From Alphaproteobacteria bacterium (GTDB lineage Bacteria > Pseudomonadota > Alphaproteobacteria > Bin95), in assembly GCA_965205265.1 (NCBI GenBank), contig CBDBGH010000003.1, positions 4,800,001-4,864,000 on the forward strand: DNA of 64,000 nucleotides, read 5' to 3'. Under the pieces are notes generated by a model. The model did no database searches, was not told where the DNA came from, and saw nothing but the letters and a program-made list of their open reading frames with translations. The translations under genes were made by a program, and so were the position numbers. Positions 19,251 through 29,206 of this stretch are shown piece after piece. The number at the start of each line of letters is the position of its first letter. Within the stretch, counting starts at the first letter, position 1.

Positions 19251-20150
19251 ATGAGTGCAGCAAAAAACGGAGAGACGGCGCCTCTCCATGTCATTTCCTT
19301 AGGTGCGGGCGTGCAGAGCACGACGCTCGCACTCATGGCGGCCCATGGCGAGATCACGCCAATGCCGCATGCGGCGGTGTTCGCCGATACGGGAGCGGAG
19401 CCGCCCGAGGTCTATGAGCATCTCAACTGGCTGAAGGGCGCCAATGTGCTGCCGTTCCCGATCCATATCGTCCGCTATTCGGATATGGTGGAGGACCTCG
19501 AAAAAACGGCCAATGGCGAGACCGAGGTGGCCCGGCGAACCGGGGGTTACGTCGCGGCCCCGTTCCACACACTGAACGTCGACGGCTCGAAGGGGTTGCT
19601 ACGGCGTGAATGCACCCAGAACTACAAGATCCGCGAGATCGAATATGCGCTGAAGGATATCCTCGGGCGCCCGCGCGGCGTGGCCATACGGTCGCGGACG
19701 CCGCTGGTAATACAGTGGATCGGGATTTCCGCCGACGAGGTCCAGCGGGTCAACTGGAAGGGGCCCGCCTGGGCCGGCAAACGGTACCCGTTCCTGTCGC
19801 GGGCGATGAAGGACGACCCGCAGGACCTCTGGATGAACCGCCGGGACTGCGAGGCCTGGCTGCTCAAGCACGACTATCCTGTTCCGCCGAAGTCGGCCTG
19901 CACGTTCTGCCCTTATCGCTCGAACGCCGACTGGCGCTGGCTCAGGGACAACTCGCCCGAAGGCTGGATTCAGGCGATCGAGATCGACCGGACGATCCGC
20001 GGCATGCCCGAGAAGTCGCAGGCCGGGCTGCGCCTGGGCGGCAAGCTCTTCGTCCACGGGTCGTGCAAGCCGCTCGATGAGGTCGATCTGGACGAGGCGG
20101 ACCAGTTCAACCTCTGGGATGCAGAGTGCGAGGGCATGTGCGGCGTGTAG
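19251..20150 (+). CDS. Phage-type PAPS-reductase-like (PP-loop) protein
   Basis: ISLGAGVQST, FADTGAE, RECTQNYKI, WIGISADE, PPKSACTFCPY, C-terminal CEGMC. Confidence 0.8.
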   Translation: MSAAKNGETAPLHVISLGAGVQSTTLALMAAHGEITPMPHAAVFADTGAEPPEVYEHLNWLKGANVLPFPIHIVRYSDMVEDLEKTANGETEVARRTGGYVAAPFHTLNVDGSKGLLRRECTQNYKIREIEYALKDILGRPRGVAIRSRTPLVIQWIGISADEVQRVNWKGPAWAGKRYPFLSRAMKDDPQDLWMNRRDCEAWLLKHDYPVPPKSACTFCPYRSNADWRWLRDNSPEGWIQAIEIDRTIRGMPEKSQAGLRLGGKLFVHGSCKPLDEVDLDEADQFNLWDAECEGMCGV

Positions 20151-20383
20151 CCGGCAGAGCGGGAGCGGGGTGACGGAATGGGGCGACGGAAACAGCGGGA
20201 AGAGCGAGAGATCCGGGCCGTGGTCACGGTGAGGGCGCCTGCTCCCCACGCCGCGCGGATCCGCGCCTGCTGGCTGTCCGCGCTCGAGAAGATGGTTGCC
20301 AGGACGCTCGGCGTCGGACATGGCGATATCCGGGTCATATTGACGGCGGCCCCGCGCGGCGCCGCCGTCGGGAGGTATCGCGG

Positions 20384-20995
20384 GTGATCTTTCTGGAAAA
20401 GAGAAGCGAGTGGGCCACAAACGGGCTGGCTGTCGCCTTCCTTCTGGTTGTGGCCCTGCCCGGGGTCGGGCCGGACAGCGCCGCTGCGTTGACGGGAGCG
20501 TTCAACGTCGGGTTGCTGAGCCTGGTCGGGTTGGTCTTCGTCCAGAATGTGATGAGCGTGTTGCTGGAAACGGAGCGTGACGGTCTCGTCCTGGGCCAAT
20601 GGTATTCGAGCACCTGGGCGCCGTTGAGGGTCGTCCTTGTTGTCGCAGCCCTCGCCCCGGTGCCCGGGGCGGGAGGGTTGAGTGGGGTTCAGGTCCTGGC
20701 CGGCCATGCTGCCGGCATTGGCGGCGGGGAGATGTCGGCCGCCGCCTCCGCCGCGATCCTCTGGGGCCTGTGGGGGCTGGCGGGCGCCGCTTGGATTGTC
20801 TGGTCGGTGAGGTCCGGCCTGACAATCCGGTCGGCCGTTCTTCATCTGAGGGGCGTGCGCAGCCGTTTGTCCGAGAGTCCGCGGTGGTGGCTTCTGGTCC
20901 CTGCTTTCCTTGTTTCCATCTGGTTGGTGGGGGGGATAGCGGTTACAGCACTAGCCATGTTTTTTGCCATTCCTCACCCAGGGACCGGAGGGTGA
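20384..20995 (+). CDS. Short membrane protein resembling the DotA/TraY N-terminus
   Basis: ET.RDG.VLGQWYSSTWAPLRVVL..AALAPVP..GLSGVQ pattern. Confidence 0.55.
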   Translation: MIFLEKRSEWATNGLAVAFLLVVALPGVGPDSAAALTGAFNVGLLSLVGLVFVQNVMSVLLETERDGLVLGQWYSSTWAPLRVVLVVAALAPVPGAGGLSGVQVLAGHAAGIGGGEMSAAASAAILWGLWGLAGAAWIVWSVRSGLTIRSAVLHLRGVRSRLSESPRWWLLVPAFLVSIWLVGGIAVTALAMFFAIPHPGTGG

Positions 20996-21000
20996 CGGCG

Positions 21001-21603
21001 ATGGAGACCGCCCATGACATGACCTGGCTTGAGCGGGAGCTGGTGCCGCCGTCATGGAGCGGGCTGGATATCGCGCACCGCGTGGCGGGGCCTGAGGACA
21101 AGGTCCACCGGCGCCTGCGCGAGGCGGTGTCCGTTCCCGTCAGGCGCCATCTCTGGGTTCCGGAAGACGCGGTGGAGTTCACGCCGGCGCTCTCGGACGT
21201 GGTCTATGGCGACGGGCGGGCCCTGCTCGCCATCACGACCATCCATGACCGCCCGCGCTATTGGCTGGTGCGCATCGACAGCTCCTGGCCGCTCTGGCTC
21301 GATCCCGGGCTTCCGGGCGGGGACGATGAGGAGATGGCGGACTATTGCGAACACATCACCGAGAATCTTCGTCTCGAATTCGGGGACGGGGAGCCGAGGT
21401 GGGATGAAGACGAGTGGGAGGACGAGGAGGATCCGGTGGCCCGGGAATACGGCCTCCCCTATCCGTCCATCGATCTGAGGGACGGCTACTCCTGGCGGCG
21501 GGAATCCTGGCCGGAGGCCGGGTTCGACGGTGTGCCGCATCCGTATGACCCGCATATCCGCATCCTGCCGGAGACGCAACCGGCGGTGGAGCCGGGGCCG
21601 TGA
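21001..21603 (+). CDS. Hypothetical family-B protein
   Basis: Tandem paralog of 21600-22241 (RVAGPED..HRRLREA, LSDVVYGDG, WLVRID, EFGDG.P, WPEAGF). Confidence 0.7.
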   Translation: METAHDMTWLERELVPPSWSGLDIAHRVAGPEDKVHRRLREAVSVPVRRHLWVPEDAVEFTPALSDVVYGDGRALLAITTIHDRPRYWLVRIDSSWPLWLDPGLPGGDDEEMADYCEHITENLRLEFGDGEPRWDEDEWEDEEDPVAREYGLPYPSIDLRDGYSWRRESWPEAGFDGVPHPYDPHIRILPETQPAVEPGP

Positions 21604-22241
21604 CGGATCTGGCCGCTCTCTACCCTCCGCTGAAGGAAGGCATGCTGCTTTCCCCGTCCTATCACAGTGGATTCGACTTCGCGCAGCGCGTGGCCGGGCC
21701 GGAGGACGAGATCCACCGCCGGTTGCGCGAGGCGCTCCCGGTGCGGAGCAAGTATCCGGAAGGGGGCGTCGGCTGGAATGCCGGGCCCGGGGATGAAGGG
21801 TTCATGCCGGTGCTTTCCGATGTCGTCTATGGCGACGGTGGCGCCCTGCTTTCCATCACGACATTCTACGACGATCCGGCCCGCTGGCTGGTGCGCATCG
21901 ACACCGGTTGGTGGGACAATCTGTGGGATGAGGAGGCCGACGGGTCCGTGCAGGGGCAGCACACGGTCGGCGACTACATGAGCCACATCCTCGAGAACCT
22001 GGCGATCGAGTTCGGCGACGGGCAGCCGCATGAGCCGCATCATGACGAGGAAGAGGACGATCATGACCGACTGGTGCGGGAATCGGGAGAGCCCTATCCG
22101 GCGATCGACCCGCGCGGCGGCGGCGGCTGGCGGCGCGTGGACTGGCCGGAGGCCGGGTTCGAACGCGTGATCCACCCGTGGAACCCGGAGATCTTCATCC
22201 TGAAGGAAGACGGGCCGGCCGTATCGCCGACATGGCTGTAG
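21600..22241 (+). CDS. Hypothetical family-B protein
   Basis: GTGA overlap with, and paralogy to, 21001-21603. Confidence 0.7.
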   Translation: MTDLAALYPPLKEGMLLSPSYHSGFDFAQRVAGPEDEIHRRLREALPVRSKYPEGGVGWNAGPGDEGFMPVLSDVVYGDGGALLSITTFYDDPARWLVRIDTGWWDNLWDEEADGSVQGQHTVGDYMSHILENLAIEFGDGQPHEPHHDEEEDDHDRLVRESGEPYPAIDPRGGGGWRRVDWPEAGFERVIHPWNPEIFILKEDGPAVSPTWL

Positions 22242-22275
22242 ATTCAGCCATGCGCCGGGCATAGAGCCAGACGCG

Positions 22276-22510
22276 ATGCCCCGCGCCAAAGGCCCCCCGA
22301 ACATGCAAGGATTGCGGCGCGCCGCTCGACCGGCCCCGCGTGCGCCTGTGCGACGGATGCCGATGGGTGAAGAGGATTGCGAAGGGGGAGGCCTGGCAGG
22401 CCTCGAGGGATTTCGTGAATGCGGTGGCCCATGGCCGGCATGTAGAGCGCGGGCGCATGGACCGGGCTTACCGCGACACGGTCGGTCCACCTTGCGGGAT
22501 TGAAACATAA
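22276..22510 (+). pseudogene. Small Zn-ribbon ORF frameshifted at a C run
   Basis: Dropping one C in GGCCCCCCGA gives MPRAKGPRTCKDCGAPLDRPRVRLCDGCRW... Confidence 0.45.
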
Positions 22511-22544
22511 TCGGATTGCCATGACAATCGGTTACGCATATAGT
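22509..22544 (+). promoter_or_regulatory. Operator-bearing sigma70-like promoter
   Basis: AATCGGA-TTGCCA-TGACAATCGGTTACGCA(17)-TATAGT. Confidence 0.72.
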
Positions 22545-22578
22545 GTTGTCGTTCGGAATGTTGGCCGGAGGCCGAAGG

Positions 22579-23172
22579 ATGGTGTTCGCGGAGGAGCGTT
22601 TCGACCGCAGGGCGGACCGGAGAGGGCTGCTGGTATTTCTCGGGCTGGTCAGCCTTCTGCTCGGCTGCGTCGGGCTGGGTATGTCCATGGATGTGGACCG
22701 GGACCGCGGGGCGGCTGCCGGGAAGGCGGCCCGGGCGGTCCCCTCCGGATTTTCCTTTTCCGTGCGTGAGGCTTCTGCCCTCCCATTGGAATTCGAGAAG
22801 GCCCATTACCTTGTAGCCGGAGGCAGTCCGCTGGGGCGGGAGGACATCGACCTCTCGCAGCCGGCGCACTGGTTCAGGGTGAAACTGTATCCTGACGAGA
22901 AGTACTGGATCGACCTGGAAGGCGATGACGCGGCGGTCACGGGTGTCTGGAACGCTCACGGGGAGCAGGTGCTGAACGCGGCCGCCCTGCAGGCCGGCAT
23001 CGCGGCTGTGGGCGCTCGCCTGACGGCGGATGCCGAAGGCGGTATCCGGATCGAGCGCCGCGATGTCCTGCGGGTCGAGTTTACGCCGTCCGAACGCGGC
23101 TACTACTATATCGAGCTGACCCCGGCGCCGGCCGGGGCGGGCGAAAGCCCGGAAAGCGGGGCCCGCCGATGA
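22579..23172 (+). CDS. Membrane-anchored PPC-like protein (paralog of 6789-7421)
   Basis: N-terminal TM; HWFRVKL..D.KYWIDL, GVWN.HG, FTPSE.GYYYI. Confidence 0.6.
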   Translation: MVFAEERFDRRADRRGLLVFLGLVSLLLGCVGLGMSMDVDRDRGAAAGKAARAVPSGFSFSVREASALPLEFEKAHYLVAGGSPLGREDIDLSQPAHWFRVKLYPDEKYWIDLEGDDAAVTGVWNAHGEQVLNAAALQAGIAAVGARLTADAEGGIRIERRDVLRVEFTPSERGYYYIELTPAPAGAGESPESGARR

Positions 23173-23666
23173 AGGCCCTGACCCTGTGGCAGCCTTGGGC
23201 GTCATTGATCGCGCTGGGCGTCAAACCCTTCGAATTCAGGGGATGGAAGCCGCCGGCGAAGGCGGTCGGCACCAGGATCGCCGTCCATGCCGCCAGCCGC
23301 CGGGCGCGCCGGATCGAGATCGCCTGGCTCGTGAGCGAGCTTGAGCGCGGGGAAAACGGCCGCGTGGCGCTGCACCGGGAGGCCCTGGAGCTGCTCAGGG
23401 GGACCGGGCCGGGCGACTGGCCCCTGTCCTGCATTGTCTGCACCGCTGTTCTCGGCGAGCCGCTCGGCGGCCTTGAGGCCGCCCGGTCGATGGGAGCGGA
23501 GATCAATGACAGCGACCGGGAAGGCACGTTCAACTGGGCCTGGCCGATGAACGACATCGTCGCGGTGCCGAGCCTGCCGTGCCGGGGCGCCTACGGCCTC
23601 TGGCCGGTGCCGGCGGACCTGGCGAGGGAGATCGGCGAGCTTGCTGCCGGGCGCGGGCCATCATGA
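23169..23666 (+). CDS. ASCH-domain protein
   Basis: MKALTLWQPWASLIALGVKPFEFRGW, IAVHA, CRGAYGLW. Confidence 0.88.
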   Translation: MKALTLWQPWASLIALGVKPFEFRGWKPPAKAVGTRIAVHAASRRARRIEIAWLVSELERGENGRVALHREALELLRGTGPGDWPLSCIVCTAVLGEPLGGLEAARSMGAEINDSDREGTFNWAWPMNDIVAVPSLPCRGAYGLWPVPADLAREIGELAAGRGPS

Positions 23667-23697
23667 TCCCCGCGATCCGGGAGAGGAAGGAGACGCG

Positions 23698-24663
23698 ATG
23701 GACAGGGTGACCGAAGGATGGGTGTCGGTGTCGCGCCTGACCGTGATATGCGGCTGCTGTTTGCTGTTCTCAGGCGACGGGTTCTGGAACCTGTCGGGCG
23801 CCGTCGGCGTCATTCTGGCGGGGATCATGATGACGTGGCAGTCCGCCTGGCTGGAGAGAGGCGTGCTGCTGCTGGTTTCCTACCTGGTGGCGCTCGCGTG
23901 TTGCGCGATGCTTGTGGGGGAATTCCTGGAATTCGCCGACACACGCCAATGGGGAGCGGTCTTTCGGGAGAGAGTCGGGGCGGTCCTTGCCGTGTCGGTG
24001 TGTGGAGGGATGCTGTTCGGTCTGGTCTCCACAAGGATGCGCGTTCCCGATCGCCTGCGGCATGCAGGGGGAGCCGTGCTGGCTCTTTTCCTGGTGTCTG
24101 CAATGGTCCTGACGGTGGCGGAACTGCCATTGTCCGCCACCGTTCCGGTAGAGCGCGGGGATCTGGATATCCCGCACGAATGGACAAATCTGCTGACCGC
24201 AGGGATCGTCGCGGGAGGCGTGATCGGGTTCGGAACGGCCATGGTGGCGAGGCGCCGGGACGATGCCCTGGCGGCGCTCGTCGGCGGAATCGGGATGCGG
24301 GTCGGGGCGGCCGTTGCCCTGGCGGGCGTCTTCTGGGGCTGTGTGCTTGTGGTTGCCGGAATGGATGGGGTTGCGGAATTGCCGGCGCAAGCGCTGTTCG
24401 CGGTGATGACGATCATGGGGGCCTGGGTTTCGGTCCTGCTGAGCGCGGTGCTGGACGGCTTTGCCCTGGCGAGGAGCGGAATCCTGTGGAAGCGCCGGGG
24501 GAAAAGTGCCTCCGGTCGTCGCCGACACGGTAAATCTCTGTCTGGCGGAGTGGAACGGACGGGCGAGGATGCCCGCATTGTCGTGACGCCCAGGGTGGGC
24601 GGACGACACCGACACCATATCGCGGTGGCGACGGGAAGCGGCGCCAATGGAGGTGAACGGTAA
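23698..24663 (+). CDS. Multi-pass membrane protein, family C
   Basis: Many hydrophobic helices; ends SAVLDGFALARSGILW. Confidence 0.6.
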   Translation: MDRVTEGWVSVSRLTVICGCCLLFSGDGFWNLSGAVGVILAGIMMTWQSAWLERGVLLLVSYLVALACCAMLVGEFLEFADTRQWGAVFRERVGAVLAVSVCGGMLFGLVSTRMRVPDRLRHAGGAVLALFLVSAMVLTVAELPLSATVPVERGDLDIPHEWTNLLTAGIVAGGVIGFGTAMVARRRDDALAALVGGIGMRVGAAVALAGVFWGCVLVVAGMDGVAELPAQALFAVMTIMGAWVSVLLSAVLDGFALARSGILWKRRGKSASGRRRHGKSLSGGVERTGEDARIVVTPRVGGRHRHHIAVATGSGANGGER

Positions 24664-24953
24664 TGGAGAACCGCGGATCCGGGTTCCACAGGCGTTCGGA
24701 GAAGAGCGACGATGTTCTGTCCATCGTCATCAAGCAGGAATCGGACAACCGTCCGGTGGCGGTATTGCGCGCCGAGCTCGATGAGGCGGAGTGCGACGAG
24801 GTCGTGCGGCTGCTGAACCGGGGTCTGCGCTTCGAGGAGCTTCTGTCCTTTCTTCGCGACGATCTCTGCGATCTTGGCGAGGCGGTCGGCGCGGACCGGT
24901 GGATCGAGAAGCGCAGGCGCGCGCTTGTCGCCGCGATGGAAGCTTTGGAATGA
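24663..24953 (+). CDS. Hypothetical protein
   Basis: GGAGGT RBS; TAATG coupling to the upstream gene. Confidence 0.55.
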   Translation: MENRGSGFHRRSEKSDDVLSIVIKQESDNRPVAVLRAELDEAECDEVVRLLNRGLRFEELLSFLRDDLCDLGEAVGADRWIEKRRRALVAAMEALE

Positions 24954-25014
24954 CGGTCGGCAGAGCACCGGCGTCTGAAAAGGGAAAGAACAGAAGGGAA
25001 AGGAAATCCAGGGA

Positions 25015-25584
25015 ATGAGCGCAATGAAGTCAATGAAGTCTGGAGTGGGTCTGGCCGCTGCGCTGCTTGGACTCGTGAGCCTGGTCCCGGGCGGCGCGTC
25101 AGCCGACGAACGGGGTTTGGTGGAGGTCTCTCCCGCGGTCGTCGGGGAGCCTGCCGTCAAACCGGGCAAAGCGCTGCCGGCGATGCGCTGCCGCCACCGG
25201 GCGATCATGCTGGGCAACGGGAGCGTGACGCCGGATTTGCCGGGGCTCTCGGTCGCAAAGGGGTTCGTGACGTCGTTGGCCTTTTCCGATGCGGCTGGAA
25301 GGCCCCTTGAGGTGCTCGAGGCCGTGACGACGGATCGGGTCCGTGCGGAACACACAATGGGAGTGCTGCATCTGCTCCCCCAAGCGCCGGACAACAGCAA
25401 TGTCTCGGTCGTGGTGGGCACGGACGACATCATGGCCGAATATCCTCCCCGTTTGGTGGTTGTCGAACTTGTTGTTGCCAGGGGTATGGTCGATTGCCGG
25501 GTCGATCTGCTCCTGCCGCCGCGAGAAACGGTGAAGGCCGCCATCCCGGGCTCCCCGGATAACCGGAGTCGGCCGGGAGGCTGA
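25015..25584 (+). CDS. Secreted protein resembling part of DotH/IcmK/TraN
   Basis: Signal peptide; AKGFVTSLAFSDAAGRP and VDCRVDL resemble IcmK GFVSSLVFLDSTGAPW and VDYRVDL. Confidence 0.6.
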   Translation: MSAMKSMKSGVGLAAALLGLVSLVPGGASADERGLVEVSPAVVGEPAVKPGKALPAMRCRHRAIMLGNGSVTPDLPGLSVAKGFVTSLAFSDAAGRPLEVLEAVTTDRVRAEHTMGVLHLLPQAPDNSNVSVVVGTDDIMAEYPPRLVVVELVVARGMVDCRVDLLLPPRETVKAAIPGSPDNRSRPGG

Positions 25585-25670
25585 TGGCCCTCGCGACGGT
25601 GAATCGGTCCGGACGGCGGCGTACTCCGCCGTCCGGACCCTGTCGGAAAGCATCAGCAGGAGAAAAACCG

Positions 25671-26033
25671 ATGCTGACGAGCTACGATCCCAGCGCAGCG
25701 AAATCCATGGATACCGTCCATGTTGTCGAGCTGACATTCATGTCCTGGGACCACAAGGCGGTGCATACCGCGCGGGTCGGCGGCAATTGCCCCGGCGTTC
25801 CCGAGTGCATCGATGTCGCGATCGACCAGATCATCGACAAGCTGCCGACCCGGCTGAAGAACGAGGACGGCAGCGAATATGACTGCCCGCCAACTCTGGT
25901 CCTAGCCGACGAGACCGGGGAGAACATGCTTCTGATCGACGAGAATGCGGATCCGGAAAAGTACTTCGAAGACCTGCTGAAGGAGGTTCTCGTCGGGGTC
26001 CGCATCGTCGGGCTCGAGCCGGTGGAAAGCTGA
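25671..26033 (+). CDS. Acidic hypothetical protein
   Basis: AGGAG RBS; GC3-rich codons. Confidence 0.6.
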   Translation: MLTSYDPSAAKSMDTVHVVELTFMSWDHKAVHTARVGGNCPGVPECIDVAIDQIIDKLPTRLKNEDGSEYDCPPTLVLADETGENMLLIDENADPEKYFEDLLKEVLVGVRIVGLEPVES

Positions 26034-26037
26034 GGCG

Positions 26038-27532
26038 GTGTTCCCGCTCTCCCGCAAGGTCGAGAGATCCGGACCGTTTGCGGCGGGGCTGGGGGCCGCC
26101 GTCATTTACGGGGCGGTGATGGCGCTGCTCTCGGATGCGCTCGGGAAACCGGCCGCCTCCAGGCCTCCGACGGAGGGGCACTGGTTGGCGCTGGCGAGCG
26201 TTTTCATCTGCGGGTTGTTTTCGATCAGTTCATCGCGGAGGAACCGGCGAACCGTCGCCGTGATGGAGGGAACCGGCGTCATGCGCTTCGCCGACAGGAC
26301 CGGTTACCGGAAAGATATCGTTGACTATGTGGATCAGGAGAGAAGCATGGGCGTCTGCCTGCTCCTGTATTCGTTCGTTGTGGCAGCCTGGGCTGTCACA
26401 GCCGGGACCGTCCTGCTGCCGATGGAAGCCGGAATTCTCGGTGCGGTGGTATGGATGGGGCTCACCGGGTACCGCAATTCGACGCTGACCCAGAGGCTGG
26501 TGGAGCGGCTGACGGAGGAAGTACGGGGATGAACGTCAACCACGATCTATCATATGGCGACTCGGGTTGCGAAGACACTCTGGACACGGTCGGGGTAATG
26601 GTCGGCATGATCTTCGCGATTGTCGCGCCCTACTGTGTTCTTGGTTTTGCCCTTGAGGCAGTCATTCCTTTTGTCTCCCGGTATATTTCCGGAGAAATAA
26701 ATCCGCCCGTTTCGCTGATCGTCGTTTTGGCGATTGTGGGCGTCGTGGTGCTCTATTTGGCTAGTTTTATTGGTGCCCAATTATTGGCGCCTCTTGGTCC
26801 TTTGTTGGTCAAGATCACGCGAGTCGTCGATCCTGACCGCCGAGTTGCCAAGCGGACGTTCAAGTATGGCTGTATCGTCGCCGCGATTGTCAGCGTTATT
26901 GCGTTGCTCTTGCGCGGCTACAACATCGTCGTCCCGACCTTCGAGCTGTCTTTCGACCAGGCGGTCCTGTTCGGCTTGGTGCCACCGGTGCTTGGCGGGT
27001 TTGTCGGGATTGCGATTGCCGTCGCGTTCAACCGTTTGAGGCCCCGGCCTCAATGAACATGCAGGCGCTGCGGTACCGGTACGGTCCCTGCCTTGCAGGG
27101 GTTGCGGCAACCATTCTATGCGCCTTGCCACTTCTCCTCTTGCCGGCCCCGCAGGCCGCGACAGTCGGCTTTATCCTGCTGGGGGGCTGTATCCTCTTCG
27201 GGTTTCTCCAGGTGATTATGATGATCCGGGAACGGCCGGTACTCAGGATCGTGAACACTCCGGAGGCTCGCCGGGTGGAGGAGGAACTCGGAATCCGAGG
27301 CCATGTCGAAGCTGTTTCGAAAGACCGGGTCGTCTCGAGCGTCGCGCTTTGCATCGCGGCCCTGGCCTATTCGGTAACGGTCGACGGGACCTTCCTCTCC
27401 CCCATGCTGCCGATGGGCGTAGGGGCGCTCATCTGGTGCCATGCGGGCGCCAGACTTCATCTGTCGCTCAATCACCGGACCCTGGAACACTGGTCCAGGA
27501 AACTCGCATCGGACAAGTCCGAAGCCCCGTAA
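26038..27532 (+). CDS. Three coupled membrane proteins (26038-26532, 26529-27056, 27053-27532); first and third are paralogs
   Basis: ATGA overlaps; shared GP..AG..A, GT.L.PM...GA..W pattern. Confidence 0.55.
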
Positions 27533-27560
27533 TCGTGGAAGGAGCATTACGGTCGTGAAC

Positions 27561-28499
27561 ATGGAACAGAAGACAAAGGCGGGGCCTTGCGGCTTTCATG
27601 GCCGGATCCTCGAACTCGCAGGGTCTCTGGGATTCCTGATGGCCCTGCACGAGGTGCAGGGCCTGTTCCTGCCGGTTGTGCCGTCGGTCAGGCGGCGCCT
27701 TACCGACGTGCTGGTGAACCAGGCGGAGGCGTCGTGGATCGCCAGGATGGAATCCTGGGCTGCTGACCGCAGTGGAGCGCAGCTGACGGCGGAGGAGAGG
27801 ACAGGGTTTGCCTTGGCCGCCGGGAACGCGGAAGTCCAGTGGCTGAACGAGATGCTCGATGACCGGGAGGCGCCGATCCGGGCGGTGAGCCATGCCGTGC
27901 GCGACCGGATGCAGGTGCATCGGCTGAGAACGGATGCGTTGAGCCATCTCGGAATGGAAGAACAGTGGCGGTCGGACGCGGAGCGGGAAAGCCGCCTCGA
28001 ATTCGTCTGCGAGTGCCTGGTTCACGGGCTGCGTCCAGCGACGGCCTCGCCGTGGACAGGGGAGGGCGTGGAAAGTCGGCTCTCGACCTGGGTGCGCGAC
28101 ATTGCGTCAGGTCTCTGGCCGCACAGCGGAGAGGGCGGATTCACCGATCAGGACAGCGCGATCCTGAAGGTCGCTGGCAACGACCGGGACCTGCTGGTGG
28201 ATACAGGCAGGGCTGTCGCACGCATGCGGGGTCTGGGCCGACTGGAACCGAGGGGCGAACTCCAGATGCTGGGCCTGGACCACATTGCGGTAATCCTGGG
28301 CGGCCGCCCTGCGTCCACCGCGGATGAATTCGGACAGGAAGTGTTCGCCGCGCTCCCGGCATATCCGGCCAGGACCATGGCGCTCATGAATCGTCGGCGC
28401 GAGCTGTTCAAGGTCTGGGCCCGGCAGACCGGCGTCGAATTTAGCGGTCCGTTCGGAGGCCCCCGAAAACCGGTTCTCGAAGCGCTTGCCGATGCCTGA
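27561..28499 (+). CDS. Hypothetical protein
   Basis: Long ORF within the co-directional run. Confidence 0.55.
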   Translation: MEQKTKAGPCGFHGRILELAGSLGFLMALHEVQGLFLPVVPSVRRRLTDVLVNQAEASWIARMESWAADRSGAQLTAEERTGFALAAGNAEVQWLNEMLDDREAPIRAVSHAVRDRMQVHRLRTDALSHLGMEEQWRSDAERESRLEFVCECLVHGLRPATASPWTGEGVESRLSTWVRDIASGLWPHSGEGGFTDQDSAILKVAGNDRDLLVDTGRAVARMRGLGRLEPRGELQMLGLDHIAVILGGRPASTADEFGQEVFAALPAYPARTMALMNRRRELFKVWARQTGVEFSGPFGGPRKPVLEALADA

Positions 28500-29139
28500 C
28501 GCTGAAGTGCCTATGGAGGAAGGGCTCTGGTGCGTCGATGAGGTCGAGGCAGCAATCCGCTTGGGCATGGCGGCAACCTGCTTCGCCTTCGCGGGCCTCG
28601 ACTACTGGAGCTGGATTCTCCCGGTCCTCGTGGTCCTGTCGGGCGCCTGGTGGCGCGTGGCGCGAGGCGGGGATTTCTTCGAGACGGCACAGTGCATGCT
28701 GGCTTCATTCCTGCTGGCCGTCTGCGCCTACTCGATGATGAAGATTCTCCTGTATCTGGAGGAAGAGGGGGTTGCGGATTTCTGGCCAGGAGCAGACTTG
28801 ATGGCAAGCGGGGCTCTGGCCGGCGGTCTGGTGGCCGGATTTCTCTCGAGGTTCTGGCCCCGGCATTGGACGCACATGGCGCTGTCGGCATGCCGGGCGG
28901 TGACAGGGGGAGCCGTCGTCGTCCTCGCGGCCGCAGTGGTTCCGGCGACGGTGTTTTCGTTTGTCCTGGGGGAAATGCCGCCGACAGTATCCGGTCTGGA
29001 GTTCCTGTTCGTCGTGGTTCCGGTGTCGTGGGCAACCGTCAGGGTTCTGGCCAGTGCGTGGGCGGACGGTTTCTTGCTGGGGCGGGGCACCATCCTGTGG
29101 ACCAGGAATGCCAGTCCGGCCCAACTGCCTCCACCATGA
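28492..29139 (+). CDS. Multi-pass membrane protein, family C
   Basis: Ends SAWADGFLLGRGTILW, matching the 23698 protein. Confidence 0.6.
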   Translation: MPDAEVPMEEGLWCVDEVEAAIRLGMAATCFAFAGLDYWSWILPVLVVLSGAWWRVARGGDFFETAQCMLASFLLAVCAYSMMKILLYLEEEGVADFWPGADLMASGALAGGLVAGFLSRFWPRHWTHMALSACRAVTGGAVVVLAAAVVPATVFSFVLGEMPPTVSGLEFLFVVVPVSWATVRVLASAWADGFLLGRGTILWTRNASPAQLPPP

Positions 29140-29206
29140 CCGGGAGGGCGGAAGATATCCCGGGTCCCGAGGTTCCAATCACATCCAGACAAGAAAGCCT
29201 TCGAGT

